Source of the DNA: Octopus sinensis
Taxonomy: Eukaryota
Assembly: GCF_006345805.1 (NCBI RefSeq)
Contig: NC_043001.1
Span: 34,410,001-34,474,000, forward strand
DNA: 64,000 nucleotides
Reading direction: 5' to 3'
Positions 12,527 through 25,243 of this stretch are shown piece by piece. Position 1 is the stretch's first letter. Each line of letters opens with the position of its first letter. Made by a program: the position numbers and the translations under genes. The notes under the pieces are model-generated. The model made no database searches and was not told where the DNA came from. It was given only the letters and a program-made list of their open reading frames with translations.

Positions 12527-12697
12527 AGCATAGGAGTGATTGTGTGGTAAGTAACTTGCTTACCAACCACATGGTTCCGGGTTCAGTTCCATTGCGTGGC
12601 ACCTTGGGCAAGTGTCTTCTACTATAGCCTCGGGCCGACCAAAGCCTTGTGAGTGGATTTGGTAGACGGAAACTGAAAGAAGCCCGTCGTATATTTG

Positions 12698-12757
<60 letters not shown>

Positions 12758-12976
12758 TGTATATGTTTCTGTGTTTGTGTTTGTCCCCCCAACATCGCTT
12801 GACAACCGATGCTGGTGTGTTTACATCCCCGTAACTTAGCGGTTCGGCAAAAGAGACCGATAGAATAAGTACTAGGCTGACAAAGAATAAGTCCTAGGGT
12901 CGATTTGCTCGATCGACTAAAGGGGGTGCTCCAGCATGGCCACAGACTGAAAAAAGTAAAAGAGCAAAAGAGTAAC
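12527..12976 (+). mobile_element. tRNA-derived SINE (S1, CORE-like ccttgggcaag motif) with internal (AT)/(GT) microsatellite
   Basis: Head gtgtggtaag...ccgggttcagttcc; same body in at least 6 copies in the window; tail ccagcatggcc...ctgaaa...aaaagagtaa. Confidence 0.9.
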
Positions 12977-13407
12977 TGAACAGCTGGAAGTACGATAGTT
13001 TGATTAATAGAACTAGCTATTGCAAGCAAAAATAGATATATGGAAAAAAAATGCGTTTGCTAAATTTGGACATACGGCAGTTTAACATAATAACAATAAT
13101 ATCCTCGTCTCGTCACAAGTGAAAATAGAACGGTTGTAATTGTGTAGAATCACTTCATGTTCATTTTGGAAGTGTTCACGCGGAGAAGAAAACTGTGTCT
13201 AGAAAAATCCGTGAAGCTAATATGGTGAGAAACTTGGTTCTTTTTAAATAAACTATCATTATATGTATGGTGAGGGTATCCAATTAGATGCCATTAGATA
13301 TTCTACCATATAATGTGAATCATAAAAGAATTGTGTGTATGTAGGCATGTAATTAGAGTAGTTGAATACATACATACATACATATATACATAATATCTGT
13401 GTGTGTT

Positions 13408-13436
<29 letters not shown>

Positions 13437-13461
<25 letters not shown>

Positions 13462-13531
13462 TAGATATAGATATAGATATATTTTGCACACATCTGAATT
13501 CATTGCTCATGTATGCACATTTGAATGCATG

Positions 13532-13598
<67 letters not shown>

Positions 13599-13665
13599 TA
13601 GATATAGATATAGATATATTTTGCACACATCTGAATTCATTGCTCATGTATGCACATTTGAATGC

Positions 13666-13680
<15 letters not shown>
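13437..13680 (+). repeat. Tandem duplication (~135-140 bp) bounded by (AT)n/(AG)n
   Basis: gatatattttgcacacatctgaattcattgctcatgtatgcacatttgaatgcatg occurs twice in tandem. Confidence 0.9.
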
Positions 13681-13714
<34 letters not shown>

Positions 13715-14030
13715 TATATACAGAGAGATAGAGAGAGTGAGAGACAGAGCTACATATGTACACATGGTAATTATTGTAGAAAATTGTGATTGAGAAAGGA
13801 AAAAAATTTGGTAAAATGCGTAAATGATTTTGAAAAGTGGACCATTATCTCATGAAATGGATAGAAAGTATGATGTGGAGGTTGCAGTCAGCATGACTTT
13901 AATTTGAATGCCTAAGTCCTAATGAGACTAATACAGCGTCTTGTCCATAGCATGCTCTCCATCATAAAATAGATGTTAGGTATCAGAAGAGAAACAGAAG
14001 TAACATTTAAATTCATGGAGATAGATAAAT

Positions 14031-14445
14031 GTTGGGTTGGCAAGAAAGTAATTTTGTTTTTCGCAGATAGAAATACGATTTATTTTGAATGACTTATGTC
14101 AAAGTTATGATTTTTTTCCTTTTGACATTTGATAGCCGTTACTTTTAGCTTACATTAGAAGAAAATTGCACGTTCTTTTGTTTGCAGCTGTTAGCTCAGT
14201 GTCATTTTGAAAATGGATTGCAAAAACGAACATTTTCGCCATATTTTGCTTTTTTTAAAAATTTTAGTAAAAGCATGAAAGCTGCTGAGGATCACAAAGA
14301 GATATGTGAACTTTATGGTGTTGATTGCTTAATAGAACGCACATATCAGAAATGGTTTAAAAAATTCCGTTCTGGAGATTTTTCACTCAAAGGTGACAAA
14401 CATTCCGGTCGACAAACATTTGTCAAAGATGACAAACATTCCGGT
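14031..14445 (+). mobile_element. Mariner transposon 5' fragment (TIR plus transposase HTH region), pseudogenised
   Basis: ttgggttggcaagaaagtaatt resembles a mariner TIR; from ATG 14213: MDCKNEHFRHILL...ICELYG...QKWFKKFRSGDFSLK...SGR. Confidence 0.85.
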
Positions 14446-14558
14446 GAACGCATGCACACATGCAAATATACAGATACTCATATATAGATATGCAGGGAAT
14501 TGTATATTTTATTACATTTACTATTTACCTCCCCTCCTCCCCATCATTTTGTAATACC

Positions 14559-14823
14559 TGTTTCTTTATTACCCACAAGGGGCTAAACACAGAGAGGACA
14601 AACAAGGACAAACAAACGGATTAAGTCGATTACATCGACCCCAGTGCGTAACTGGTACTTAATTTATCGATCCCAGTGCGTAACTGGTACTTAATTTATC
14701 GACCCCGAAAGGATGAAAGGCAAAGTCGACCTCGGCGGAATTTGAACTCAGAACGTAACGGCAGACGAAATACGGCAACGTATTTCGCCCGGCGTGCTAA
14801 CGGTTCTGCCAGCTCGCCGCCTT
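14559..14823 (-). mobile_element. Full-length tRNA-derived SINE (S2) with 16-bp TSD
   Basis: TSD atcattttgtaatacc at 14543-14558 and 14824-14839; head ggcggcgagctggcagaa...gagttcaaattcc; tail ends taataaagaaaca; internal 32-bp tandem duplication 14634-14697. Confidence 0.92.
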
Positions 14824-15703
14824 ATCATTTTGTAATACCAGCGCAAGCGAGGAGGCCTATACCTTTTCGTTCGACCGACAAGAAACTTCAACCACACAGA
14901 TTTAAATATAATAAACGCTAGAATGCTAACTAAAATCCTAGAATCCGATCGATAAAAATATTTCTCTCAAAATATAACGTAGCCATAAAACGTCATAAGT
15001 TCTGAGAGAATACATTTAACAATATCCCTTCATATATATATTAACAGTTTGCTCCATACGTAGAAGTAGATCTATAAAAATTCATATAATACACATATGA
15101 GAATATGCGCACCAATTAAAATAATGATTCAAATAGACGTTTGTAAAAAGTATCAACTTACAACATACTCTCTTGTTCTGGTTGATTTCTCACCAACCTG
15201 TCGCTTATGGAAAGTTCTACGTTTGAAGTGTTTGAGTCCTATTTATCGAGCTTTGGGCTGTTCTATATGTTGGATGGCGGTGAGATTGTAGTCTTACGAA
15301 CCACTATTCCCGCCAGGCGTTTGAATTTTAAGGACAATAAACCTATAAACTACTATACTTAATAAATGATTTTTTTTTAAATATCAAAACAAGTAATGAG
15401 TTTAATTTCTGTATATCATAATGAATAGAACTAATTACATAAGTTGCAAGTTGTATGTGTATTGTAATTTTTATGCTTGTTACCTACAAACATAAAAACA
15501 TAGCCCGAATACCCGTTTATAAAACCACAGCTTACCTTTCTGCTATCAGTGCCATAGAACTGTTCTAAGCTACATATATCCTATATATTAGGCGAAAAGT
15601 CCTGTTGTCGTCTCTGCTGCCCACAACACTATATGTCCCGGTCAGTTGGTAACCCCTTACACTGTATAAATTTTCATTGCAAATCTCTACCTACTACTGT
15701 AGC

Positions 15704-15740
<37 letters not shown>

Positions 15741-15767
15741 CATACATACATACCTACATATATATAT

Positions 15768-15813
<46 letters not shown>

Positions 15814-16852
15814 ACACATATGAATGATATATTTGTAGACAATTCAGTTGTGATGAATTAATAAAAAAACGATATCCAATTTTTTTTATTAGAACTTAGT
15901 TTCGATCTTCGAACTTCTGGTGCAGCAAGTTTCCACTGAGCCACTCTGCACAACAGGTGATTATGCAAATTTATAATGTACTATTTCTTATATTGCCTGT
16001 TCTGAATTACATTACTTCCATTACACTCACCATCATGTGTTATTTATTTATCATCTTTTGTATGCACTGGACCACTTGAAATGTCCGAAATATAGTAACT
16101 ACACAATTTGTGATGCAGTACTTAGATGTTAATTTACTTCCTGAAAGTCGGCATTTCCCTCTGCCGAGAGCCTCATGTGACCAATCTCATGCGTACGTCT
16201 ATGTGACGCAAATTTTCACTTGCCATTTTCAGATCAACCAGAAGTGAATCAATTCTGTAAATGTTTCCCTAGTGCAACATAGCAAACGAGCTTGCTTATA
16301 GAACAGCTACTAACGTAGAACTTTTCTTTTTCTCACTGAAGTTGTTGAGAAGAAGCAGACGCAAATTTATATATACATTAATATTGATAATTTTATAGTT
16401 TCACAAATATATTAGATTACTTAGTTATACACACCCAAACGATGTACACACACATACTTATTGTAGATGTGTGTGTGTTTGTGAATATGTGAGCGAAACA
16501 CTATCTTATTTATACACCGTGGGTTAAATTTCTTTGAATCTAGCATAATATTTACTTAAACCTTTGATATTTGTAGAAATGAAAAATCCGTGTGCACATA
16601 TTACTTTGGGGGTGCAGTCTGCAAAATTTAACATTTTCTTTCATGTGCTTCACTAAGTAAACGGTGATTAATTTTTATCTTGCTGTCTCATACATTTTGG
16701 TTGTGTATTTAAGGAAATTCGCTTCGCAACAAGATATCTGTGGTTTGATTCGACTGCACAGTTGTCTGCGGATTTGAGGAAGAGACTTCTAACAAGAAAG
16801 CCTGTAGTTGACCAATACCTTTTGAATGGTTTAGATATTGACAGGTATTTAT

Positions 16853-16879
<27 letters not shown>

Positions 16880-16888
<9 letters not shown>

Positions 16889-17604
16889 GTGAGATATAAA
16901 TGAAATAATTACTCATACTCACGGAAAAAGCGAGCACTAAGTCCTGAGCAGACATAAGTACCCCAAATATATCCAAAATAGAAAATCTTCGGCACATCTC
17001 GAGACACGTGTGATTCGAACTAGAAACTTTCACTGAGTGAGAGAATCCGGAAGTGAACACTATTAAATTTATAACTAATGTAGGATAAAAATTTCTTTCC
17101 AGAAAAAATTTTTTATCAATGGCCAGCATATCAAAAAATACCTTTAAAGGTTAAATTTATAAATAATTTACAAAACAAGGGCAAAAGAAAAATTCTAATG
17201 CCAAATATGCCGAAAAAAGACAAAATTGTCAATAACCATTTTAATTTATGCGTCTCGAAACAAACCGATATAGATTTCTAAAAAATCCGTTATTACCGTA
17301 TTGGTTCCAATTTCGGGGTTAATTCATAAGAATTAAGAAAGTTTCTAGTTCGAATCACACGTGTGTATCGAGATGTGCCGAAGATTTTCTATTTTGGATA
17401 TATTTGGGGTACTTAGGTCTGCTCAGGACTTAGTGCTTGCTTTTTCCGTGGGTATGAGTAAGTATTTCATTTATATCGTACGTATTTATCGCTGAAGAGG
17501 GGAAAATTCTTATGAATTAACCCCGAAATTGGGACCAATACGGTAATAACAGATTTTTTAGGAATTATATCGGTTTGTTTCGAGACGCATAAATTATAAT
17601 GGTT
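16880..17604. mobile_element. Interleaved inverted repeats with hammerhead; Penelope-like terminal-repeat structure
   Basis: A (16880-17030) is inverted relative to A' (17337-17485); B (17234-17334) is inverted relative to B' (17505-17604); the hammerhead spans the A'/B' junction. Confidence 0.65.
17486..17546 (+). ncRNA. Type I hammerhead ribozyme, complete core
   Basis: Stem I ttatcg/cggtaa; CTGAAGA 17492-17498; stem II GGGG..aattc-ttat-gaatt..CCCC; GAAA 17525-17528; stem III attg/caat; AUA cleavage triplet, cut predicted after 17540. Folded by eye. Confidence 0.8.
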
Positions 17605-17666
17605 CATCTGAATGAAACAGTTCTAGTCCTGTAGAAGCTCCTTCTATAAAATAAATAAATAAATAA

Positions 17667-17751
<85 letters not shown>

Positions 17752-17947
17752 TAATATGAACAGCTGTTTGAAATGTTTCACCAAAAAGGAAAATTATAAA
17801 TGTCCCTAAATGCGACTAGACTGTCAGACAATACCTACATTGCTAAAAATAAGAGCTAGAACGTTCTAATGCTGTAGTTAACGCACATGAATGAAAACAT
17901 ATACACTAACAGGGACCATAATCGTCCAAAAAGTGCCGATCGAGAAT

Positions 17948-18000
17948 GCTTTATACTAATGCATCAGTTTCGGCAATTTCCATAGTCTCATCAGTTAAGC
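17948..18000 (-). ncRNA. Type I hammerhead ribozyme, complete core, palindromic stem III
   Basis: Minus strand gcttaa CTGATGA gactatggaaattgcc GAA actgatgcattagt A taaagc; GUA triplet; two mismatches in stem II and one in stem I. Confidence 0.7.
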
Positions 18001-18864
18001 CACCTCGGTTTCGGCTCTTTCTGGACTCCCTTCGCCATTAGTATATATGTTTTTGTCATTCAAATAATTGGATGATTTAGCGATTTTCTATACATAATGC
18101 ATTTGCACACACACACATTAATAAACTCGAAATTAGATCAGTCTCAGCCTACATTTGCTCTACATAAACATAATGTGCCTTTTAAGAATCAAGATGATCC
18201 CGGGATCAAAAATTTGCCCTTCATTTGGTTCTTGAACATCCAGCATTGGGATCTAGTTTAAAAGTATTTTGGTTGCTATTTCTAGCAAGTAAAGCTTGTC
18301 TGATTCACACCAACTTGGTTGGCGCCTGTCAGATGACGTCAAAGACAAAAGAAGAGATAAATGACATTAGCTTCGTTAATTTTGCGTCGAGATATGAACT
18401 TTGGGCCAACAGTTGGAATTCAGCTCGGGACTGGAACAATAGAATGTCTTTCCATCTCTTCCTCGTCGAAGGGCAAAAATCGGAAACATTAGATCTTCAG
18501 TTTTCAAGTTAAATGAAATTACGAAACGCTCCTAAACATTCCAATTAACCGAGTATTATTAATGATTACCACTAGCTTCCTTGGAGTCTGGTGTTTACGA
18601 TATATATTATGCTTGAAAAAAGACGTGATACTTTCTCTCTCTCTCTCTCTCTCATACACATACACACACTTTCTCCCTTTCTCACACACAGCCGTATATA
18701 TCAAATAAAATTTCATCATAGGGTGGGGTTTAAACTCAGAATAGTGACCTGACTAAAATATCTGAACGTGTTTTGTCGGACGTTCTACCAATTGTGCTGA
18801 TCCACTATCTAGAATATACACATTCTTACCCATACAAAAAACAAAACTTTCACTGATTTAGTCC

Positions 18865-19321
18865 TTATACTGTGTGGCCACCAGCACAAGAGCACGAGGA
18901 CGACGTTTAAAGGACGTTTTCGTTTAAAGGACGTCTTCGTTTAATGGTCGTCTTCGTTTAAAGGACGTCTTCTTTTAAAGGACGTCTATAAGAGGGATAT
19001 GAAGTCGCTTGATATAGACGTCCTGAGATGGGAGGAGGTTGCAAATGAACGCCTGCACAGTCGAAAGGGGATACTTCGAAAGGGGATAAAATGAGTGGAA
19101 GAAAAACAGGAACTCGGCACCAGGGCGAAGCACATTCTACGGAAGGAAAAACCAGTTGCACCGGCAGAGAGCTCCTTTAGATGTAGCCAATGTATGCGTG
19201 ACTATCACTCCCGTGTGGGCCTGTACAGCCACAAACAGATGCTGTACCGCCATCGGCAACTGACATGATTTCTTTGTGCGCAGATCCCTGGCTTCTCGAG
19301 ATCGATGGCTGCCTACTACTG
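18865..19321 (+). mobile_element. RTE-clade LINE 3' fragment
   Basis: Translates to RFKDVYKRDMKSLDID...WEEVA and CSQCMRDYHSRVGLYSH; ends gcctactact; contains a 17-bp unit repeated 5 times (18904-18988). Confidence 0.75.
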
Positions 19322-20729
19322 GGGACATGAAATAGTCAAGGAAGTTAATGCTATAATGATTTATATTTCGAATCCGGCAGAAGACTGATGTTTATTTTAC
19401 CGATCACCAAAAAAAAAAAAAAGAATGTTAAGTCAACAGAGACGTTATATAAACTAAGAATATAAAGGGATGTAACGAAATAACGTAATTTATTTTGTCT
19501 GAAATTTCCAATATAGATATAGATATATTTATATTTATGTGTATACATGTGTCCCCTATCTGTATATGTATTGAATACAGCAAATTACATCGTAATAGGA
19601 TGATTAGTTTGAATATACAGTTGTCTTATCTATGTTAGATACTGAATACATCTTCTCTGCTATAGTTTGTGATATTCTACGTCGATAAATTATATGTTTA
19701 ACGTTAGCTATTGTTATTCGATATAAATAGGGGAAAAATTACAAAAGAAAACAATGACTCGACATATAACATAAACTATACATTGCTATTTTCAAGAAGA
19801 ATATATTCTATTATTGTGTAATAAATATGCCTCTTAGAACAAGAAATGAAATGAACGAGGATATTATGTTTATTATATCAATGATAACAATATATAGATG
19901 GCAAATGAATTTTATTTTTCTATCTCTTCGTTTGTGTAAGAATGTGTATTGGAAATATAAACTAAATTTCTCTTTATTTCCCAATCAATTAGATGTTTCG
20001 ATAGAGTAGGATGCCGGTCGCTTTCCGTTTTTATAAGCAATGTTATATATTGGAAAAGTCTAATAAATTGAAGTATTTTGGTCGAAACTTATCTTCTCAG
20101 TCATTGCAAATCTATTAAAATATATTATAATTTTGTCAGAGCTAGCTAATGGCATTATTTCTTTTTATGCAAATATACCATACTCTTCCCACTCATAATT
20201 CATCTTCCTTCCTGTACCACACACTAACTAACTATTCAATCGTTCTTAGAATAAAATGTCTCGAATTTCTTTGCCGTCCAGTTTGCTTTTTCATTGAGTC
20301 ATTGACATACAGATGTTCGATGTTGAAGCTGAACATTAACCGCATAAATTTTACAATTACCGAAGTGAAGAGAAAATCATGGTCTCCTTTTAGTTAATGT
20401 ATTAAAAATAATTTACCCGACTTTTGTTTTTGATAACGTCTTTACACGGTCTTTTATGGATTTTTCTAAATAGTTGCAGCTAAACTGATTCTGCAAATTT
20501 ATCCTGGTTGTCTTCTAGTCCAGGACATTTTAGTCTGTACTTATTTTCGTCAGTCACAGCACAGAGTCAAATGCTGAATTTATGACAAAAGATCGCATAA
20601 AGTATTCATTTAATTCATTTTATCTGAAAGATTTATAATTAACTTTAAAGACCATCTCACTTAAAAACGTCTGCCATATCGCAATATGAAGTTTATTTTC
20701 CAACAGTCAAAAGGATACATAAACACTAC

Positions 20730-20950
20730 AGAACTACGGTACAATGAGATAGCCTGCGATAGAAGAGCATTGAAACACCTTATCCATAGCGCTTCTAAAT
20801 TGGTGGGGAGAAAGAAACAGGATACTTTGTCTAAATGCTACGAACAGAACGGATACTGGTAAAAGGCGTGATGTTAAGTGGGGTGAAGTTATAAGTCTGT
20901 TATCCAAGAACAGATACAGTCCCTCCAAAAGACTGATGCACAGTTTCTAA
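20730..20950 (+). mobile_element. Degraded L2-like LINE 3' fragment
   Basis: DRRALKHLIHSASKLVG and downstream RLMHSF resemble L2 ORF2 C-terminal motifs (recall only). Confidence 0.35.
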
Positions 20951-22271
20951 CTATAGTATTTCTCTCGCGAATCTCGGATCGTCCCGAAGCTACGGCAGAA
21001 GACATTTGACTAAGGTTCCCGCGAAGTAGGATCCAACTCGGGACTATGAGATTGTGAAGTGATTTTCTTAGGTACACGGCTAAGCCCTGACTTATAATGT
21101 TGACTATAGTAAGTGGAAGATAACGTTTGTTAATGAGCTGGATTGGTAACATCTGCAGAGAGCTGGACAAAATCACTTTGCATCATAATCTAGTTGCAGT
21201 ATATTCGGAGTTCAAATTTCATCAGAATCGATGTTGATTGTAATCCTACAAAATTTGATAAAAACATGAAACCAGGTCAGTACTCAAGTCGACTCTATCG
21301 ACTGTAACCTATTAACATATATACTCTACCTCATAATCTATGTTAGCATATTTTCATCAGCAACAACGGTATACAGAACCGGACATTCTCCAGTTTGGCT
21401 GGAGGTTTTAACCAAAAATGAAATCTCACCGAAACTTAATACTTTGCTACAACAGTTACTCTACGGCGTAGAGTAACTGTTGTTATATTTGTTGGCGTAG
21501 AGTCTACGCCAGCAAATATATATTTTAGTTTGATAATACATCAGTTAGAGCACTAATACTTAGGTGACTTCTGGTCAGACTGTGTTGTATCCAGAGCGGA
21601 AATAGAGCAGAGGTAGAGTGGAAATAAAGCGAAACTAAAGTTACACGTCTGCAGTGGTCTCTCTCATATTTTGCTAGGGAAACATGTCAGTCATCGTACA
21701 CTATATTTCTTTATTACCATACATCTCAATACAAGGCAGTCGAGTGATGTACTACGCGGGACTGTTAAACGTCAATCCATCCATCCATCCATCCATCCAT
21801 CCATCCATCCATCCATCCATCCATCCATACATACATACATACATACATAAATACACACACACGCATGCGCACACAGATCAAAACAGTTTGATTCAAATTC
21901 GTTGGTACTCCGAGGTTCAAGCGGAATTCCCAATGGCTGAAGATTAGAATCACGCTTGAAACTCAAATTTGAATTGAGCTGATTTGATCCATACATGTAA
22001 TTCCCTATAAATATGTTGAGTGCCCTTCTTTCGTTTGTCCACTCACTCGTATATACGTTTAACTCGGCGGTTGTACATTATTTACGAATCATACAAGTAT
22101 ATCGCAATATCAACAAAAGACTTGTAACGTCCCTGTCAATTGTATTACGCAATGGTTAAGCTACTTACGCTATACTCTCTTATCACTATCACATGCATAT
22201 ACTGTATATCGGTATAAATACTATATATCCGTATATATATTTACTATTTTACTATTTATCTATTTACTATT

Positions 22272-22682
22272 TATAGGCGTAGGAGTGGCTGTGTGGTAAG
22301 TAGCTTGCTTACCAACCACATGGTTCCGGGTTCAGTCCCACTGCGTGGCACCTTGGGCTAGTGTCTTCTACTATAGCCTCAAGCCAACCAAAGCCTTGTG
22401 AGTGGATTTGGTAGACGGAAACTGAAAGAAGCACGTCGTATATATGTATATATCTATGTAGGAGTGTGTGTATGTGTTTGTGTGTCTGTGTTTATCCCCG
22501 CAACATCGCTTGACAACCGATGCTGGTGTGCTTATGTCCCCGAAACTTAGCGGTTCGGTAAAAGTGACCGATAGAATAAGTACTAGGCTTATAAAGAATA
22601 AGTCCTGGGATCGATTTGCTCGACTTAAGGCGGTGCTCCAGCATGGCCACAGTCAAATGACTGAAACAAATGAAAGAGTAAA
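22272..22682 (+). mobile_element. SINE S1, full length
   Basis: ggcgtaggagtggctgtgtggtaag head through gactgaaacaaatgaaagagtaaaa tail. Confidence 0.9.
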
Positions 22683-23022
22683 ACAGTATTTATCTATACT
22701 ATACATATACTATATATCTCTCAAGCAATATTTATGCGTATGTATGCATAAACACAAATACACACACACACATACACATACACACGTACACTCAAATATT
22801 ACAGAAAGTACTTGTCGATTGTATTACGCAACAATGAACAAGAGTACAACCCTAAAGATTTATGGAGGCTCCCAAAATGTACTGCAGTTCATTTCGAAGC
22901 TCCGATGAAGCTATAGAGTCACACATTAGCACTCAACTATGAGTGGATTGAATCTTATAACATGAAGTTCATGACATAATTTCTTATTCCCTTGTCATTT
23001 TAATAATAATAATAATAATAAT

Positions 23023-23378
23023 AACAAGAGCACTCAGTGAGTTCAAACCTCCACAAAGGCAACACCAACGTCTTCTCGACGATTAGCCGGAGATGATTTT
23101 TAAAATGAGAATATCTGAAATAAACTTGACTGCTCTCACAAAAAAAAAAGAATACTAAAAATGAACCCGACACCTCTCAAAATTTAAGTTGAAAAAAACC
23201 CCGGAAAAATAAAGAAAACATAAGCTAGAATCCTTGTCCAGTACTGGATCGATCCCCAAATCTAAACAGTTCGTGCCAGTCACGAGGTCAAACATGTCTG
23301 AAAATTTCAGCCGAATCCTTCCAGTGGTTCTTTAGATATCTTGTCAACGGACAAACAAGCAAACACGCTAAGGTAGAT

Positions 23379-23380
<2 letters not shown>
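23023..23380. mobile_element. Unclassified non-autonomous element (possibly Helentron/HINE-like) inside (AAT)n
   Basis: Unique 350-bp block starting aacaagagcac, with a subterminal (CAAA)-type microrepeat, flanked by (AAT)n; only one copy seen. Confidence 0.35.
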
Positions 23381-23430
<50 letters not shown>

Positions 23431-23794
23431 GAAGAAGAAAAAAAGAGAAGAAGAAGGAGGAGGAGGAGGAGGAGAAGAAGGAGAAGTAGAATAGCAACAT
23501 ACAAGGAAAGCCATGTCTTAGAGAAATCCAAAAAATTGTGTTGACAAGTACTGCTCACAGCCTTTGAAAAGCGCTATCAGTTTAAATGTCTGTGTTGTAT
23601 TATATGAAGATATTTCGCTACTGCTCCTGCCACTTCTCCCCCACCAAGCTTTCAGTCATGCTGCAACATCTCTTATCCTACACTCGCGCTAGGACGCTGG
23701 GTGTGTCTCGGCAAGTGATTGTAACAAACATGCAGATTAAAAGTAAATAAAAATAATGATAGTAATAATAATGACAATAATAATAATAATAATG

Positions 23795-23858
<64 letters not shown>

Positions 23859-24028
23859 TGATAATAATAATAATAAAAAAAATAGTAGTAGTAGTAGTAG
23901 TAGTAGTAATAATAATATGTGTACATACACACACATATAGATAGATATATGCATAAGTCTGTTTATATTACATTACATAAAAATATACACAGAGCTACAA
24001 GTACAAGAATATATATATATATATATAC

Positions 24029-24088
<60 letters not shown>

Positions 24089-24552
24089 AGGGAGACACGC
24101 ACAAAGAGAAGAGGTAGTTGTACTGATAAGATGTTAGAAAAACCATATGATATATAATTAATTACATTACATTGTTGAGTTATTGATATATAAATATCAG
24201 GTAAGCCACTAATCTTGAGCGATTTGAGCAAAGACGTATGCCATTTGTTTTTCTTCAACGACAACACGACAACTGTTATCATTTTGTTTTCATTTAAGTT
24301 CCTCTCTAGTCTTGACGTCAATGACGACATAAATGGATTGAAAATCCGAATTCCAGCTGAACATTTGATCGATAACATTGTAATATGCTATCGCTTCCAA
24401 GAATTTTGACAAACTTTTCCATATCTGAAAAAATAACACTGATTTATATGACTGCAATATATATATATATACATTTTATCTGTCTTTCAAATGTAAAGAA
24501 ACCAGGACCATTACTTATTTCTTTTGCTGGGAAATTATGCTTCTATTATATA

Positions 24553-24921
24553 CAGAGTGATTCAAAAGTCGTCATACATAGGAACAATTTATCTTTTTAT
24601 AAGAAACAGTTTATAAGAACAGTTTTTTTCCCTATTTAATAGGCTCTATATGGTTACCATTGTTTTGAATACACATTGTACTACGTTTATCTCATTCATT
24701 GTGAACTCGTAATAGCACATCTGGTGATACGTGTGCAAATGAATTGGTGATGAGGTCCTTCAAATGATTTATGCCTTTTATCTTTCTGCGATACCCCATG
24801 CCTTTCAAATGTCCCCAAAGATAGAAATCAAGAGGGTCCAGATCAGAGGATCTAGATCTTATAAACTGTTTCTTATGAAAAAAAATTTTTTCCTATGTAT
24901 GGAAACTTTTGAATCACCCCG
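24553..24921 (-). mobile_element. Internally deleted Tc1/mariner-superfamily element
   Basis: TA flanks (24551-52, 24922-23); ~60-bp imperfect TIRs cagagtgattcaaaag.../...cttttgaatcaccccg; minus strand encodes SSDLDPLDFYLWGHLKG (SPDLxPxDFxLWG motif). Confidence 0.85.
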
Positions 24922-25243
24922 TATATAAGAAAGCATATATATCATTACTTCAAAACCATTTACGTGTTTTAATTTATTCTGGAGAAAATAATTGGTGCAG
25001 GTGCGTGTGTTAAGAAACTCGTTTCGCAACCACATGGTTCAGTGTTCAGTCCATCTTAGGTAGGCGTCTTATGCTATGGCCGCGGGGCGACCCAACCATG
25101 TAGTTAGGAAGCAAACTTCTTACCACACAGCCACACTTATAAAATTTCTAACGGCGGCATAGAACTAGAAAATTGGTGAAAGTGAAGCAGTCGATTATTT
25201 CAACTTCAGTGATTGGCTAGTACATTATTTTATTCAATCTGAA

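Noticed and set aside
15895-15935. Degenerate hammerhead-like motif on the minus strand (gatcGAAACtaaGTT)
   Set aside because: No CUGANGA core and a broken stem II
18904-18988. Regular 17-bp repeats as a CRISPR-like array
   Set aside because: Units are contiguous with no spacers and lie inside an RTE fragment; no cas genes; eukaryotic context
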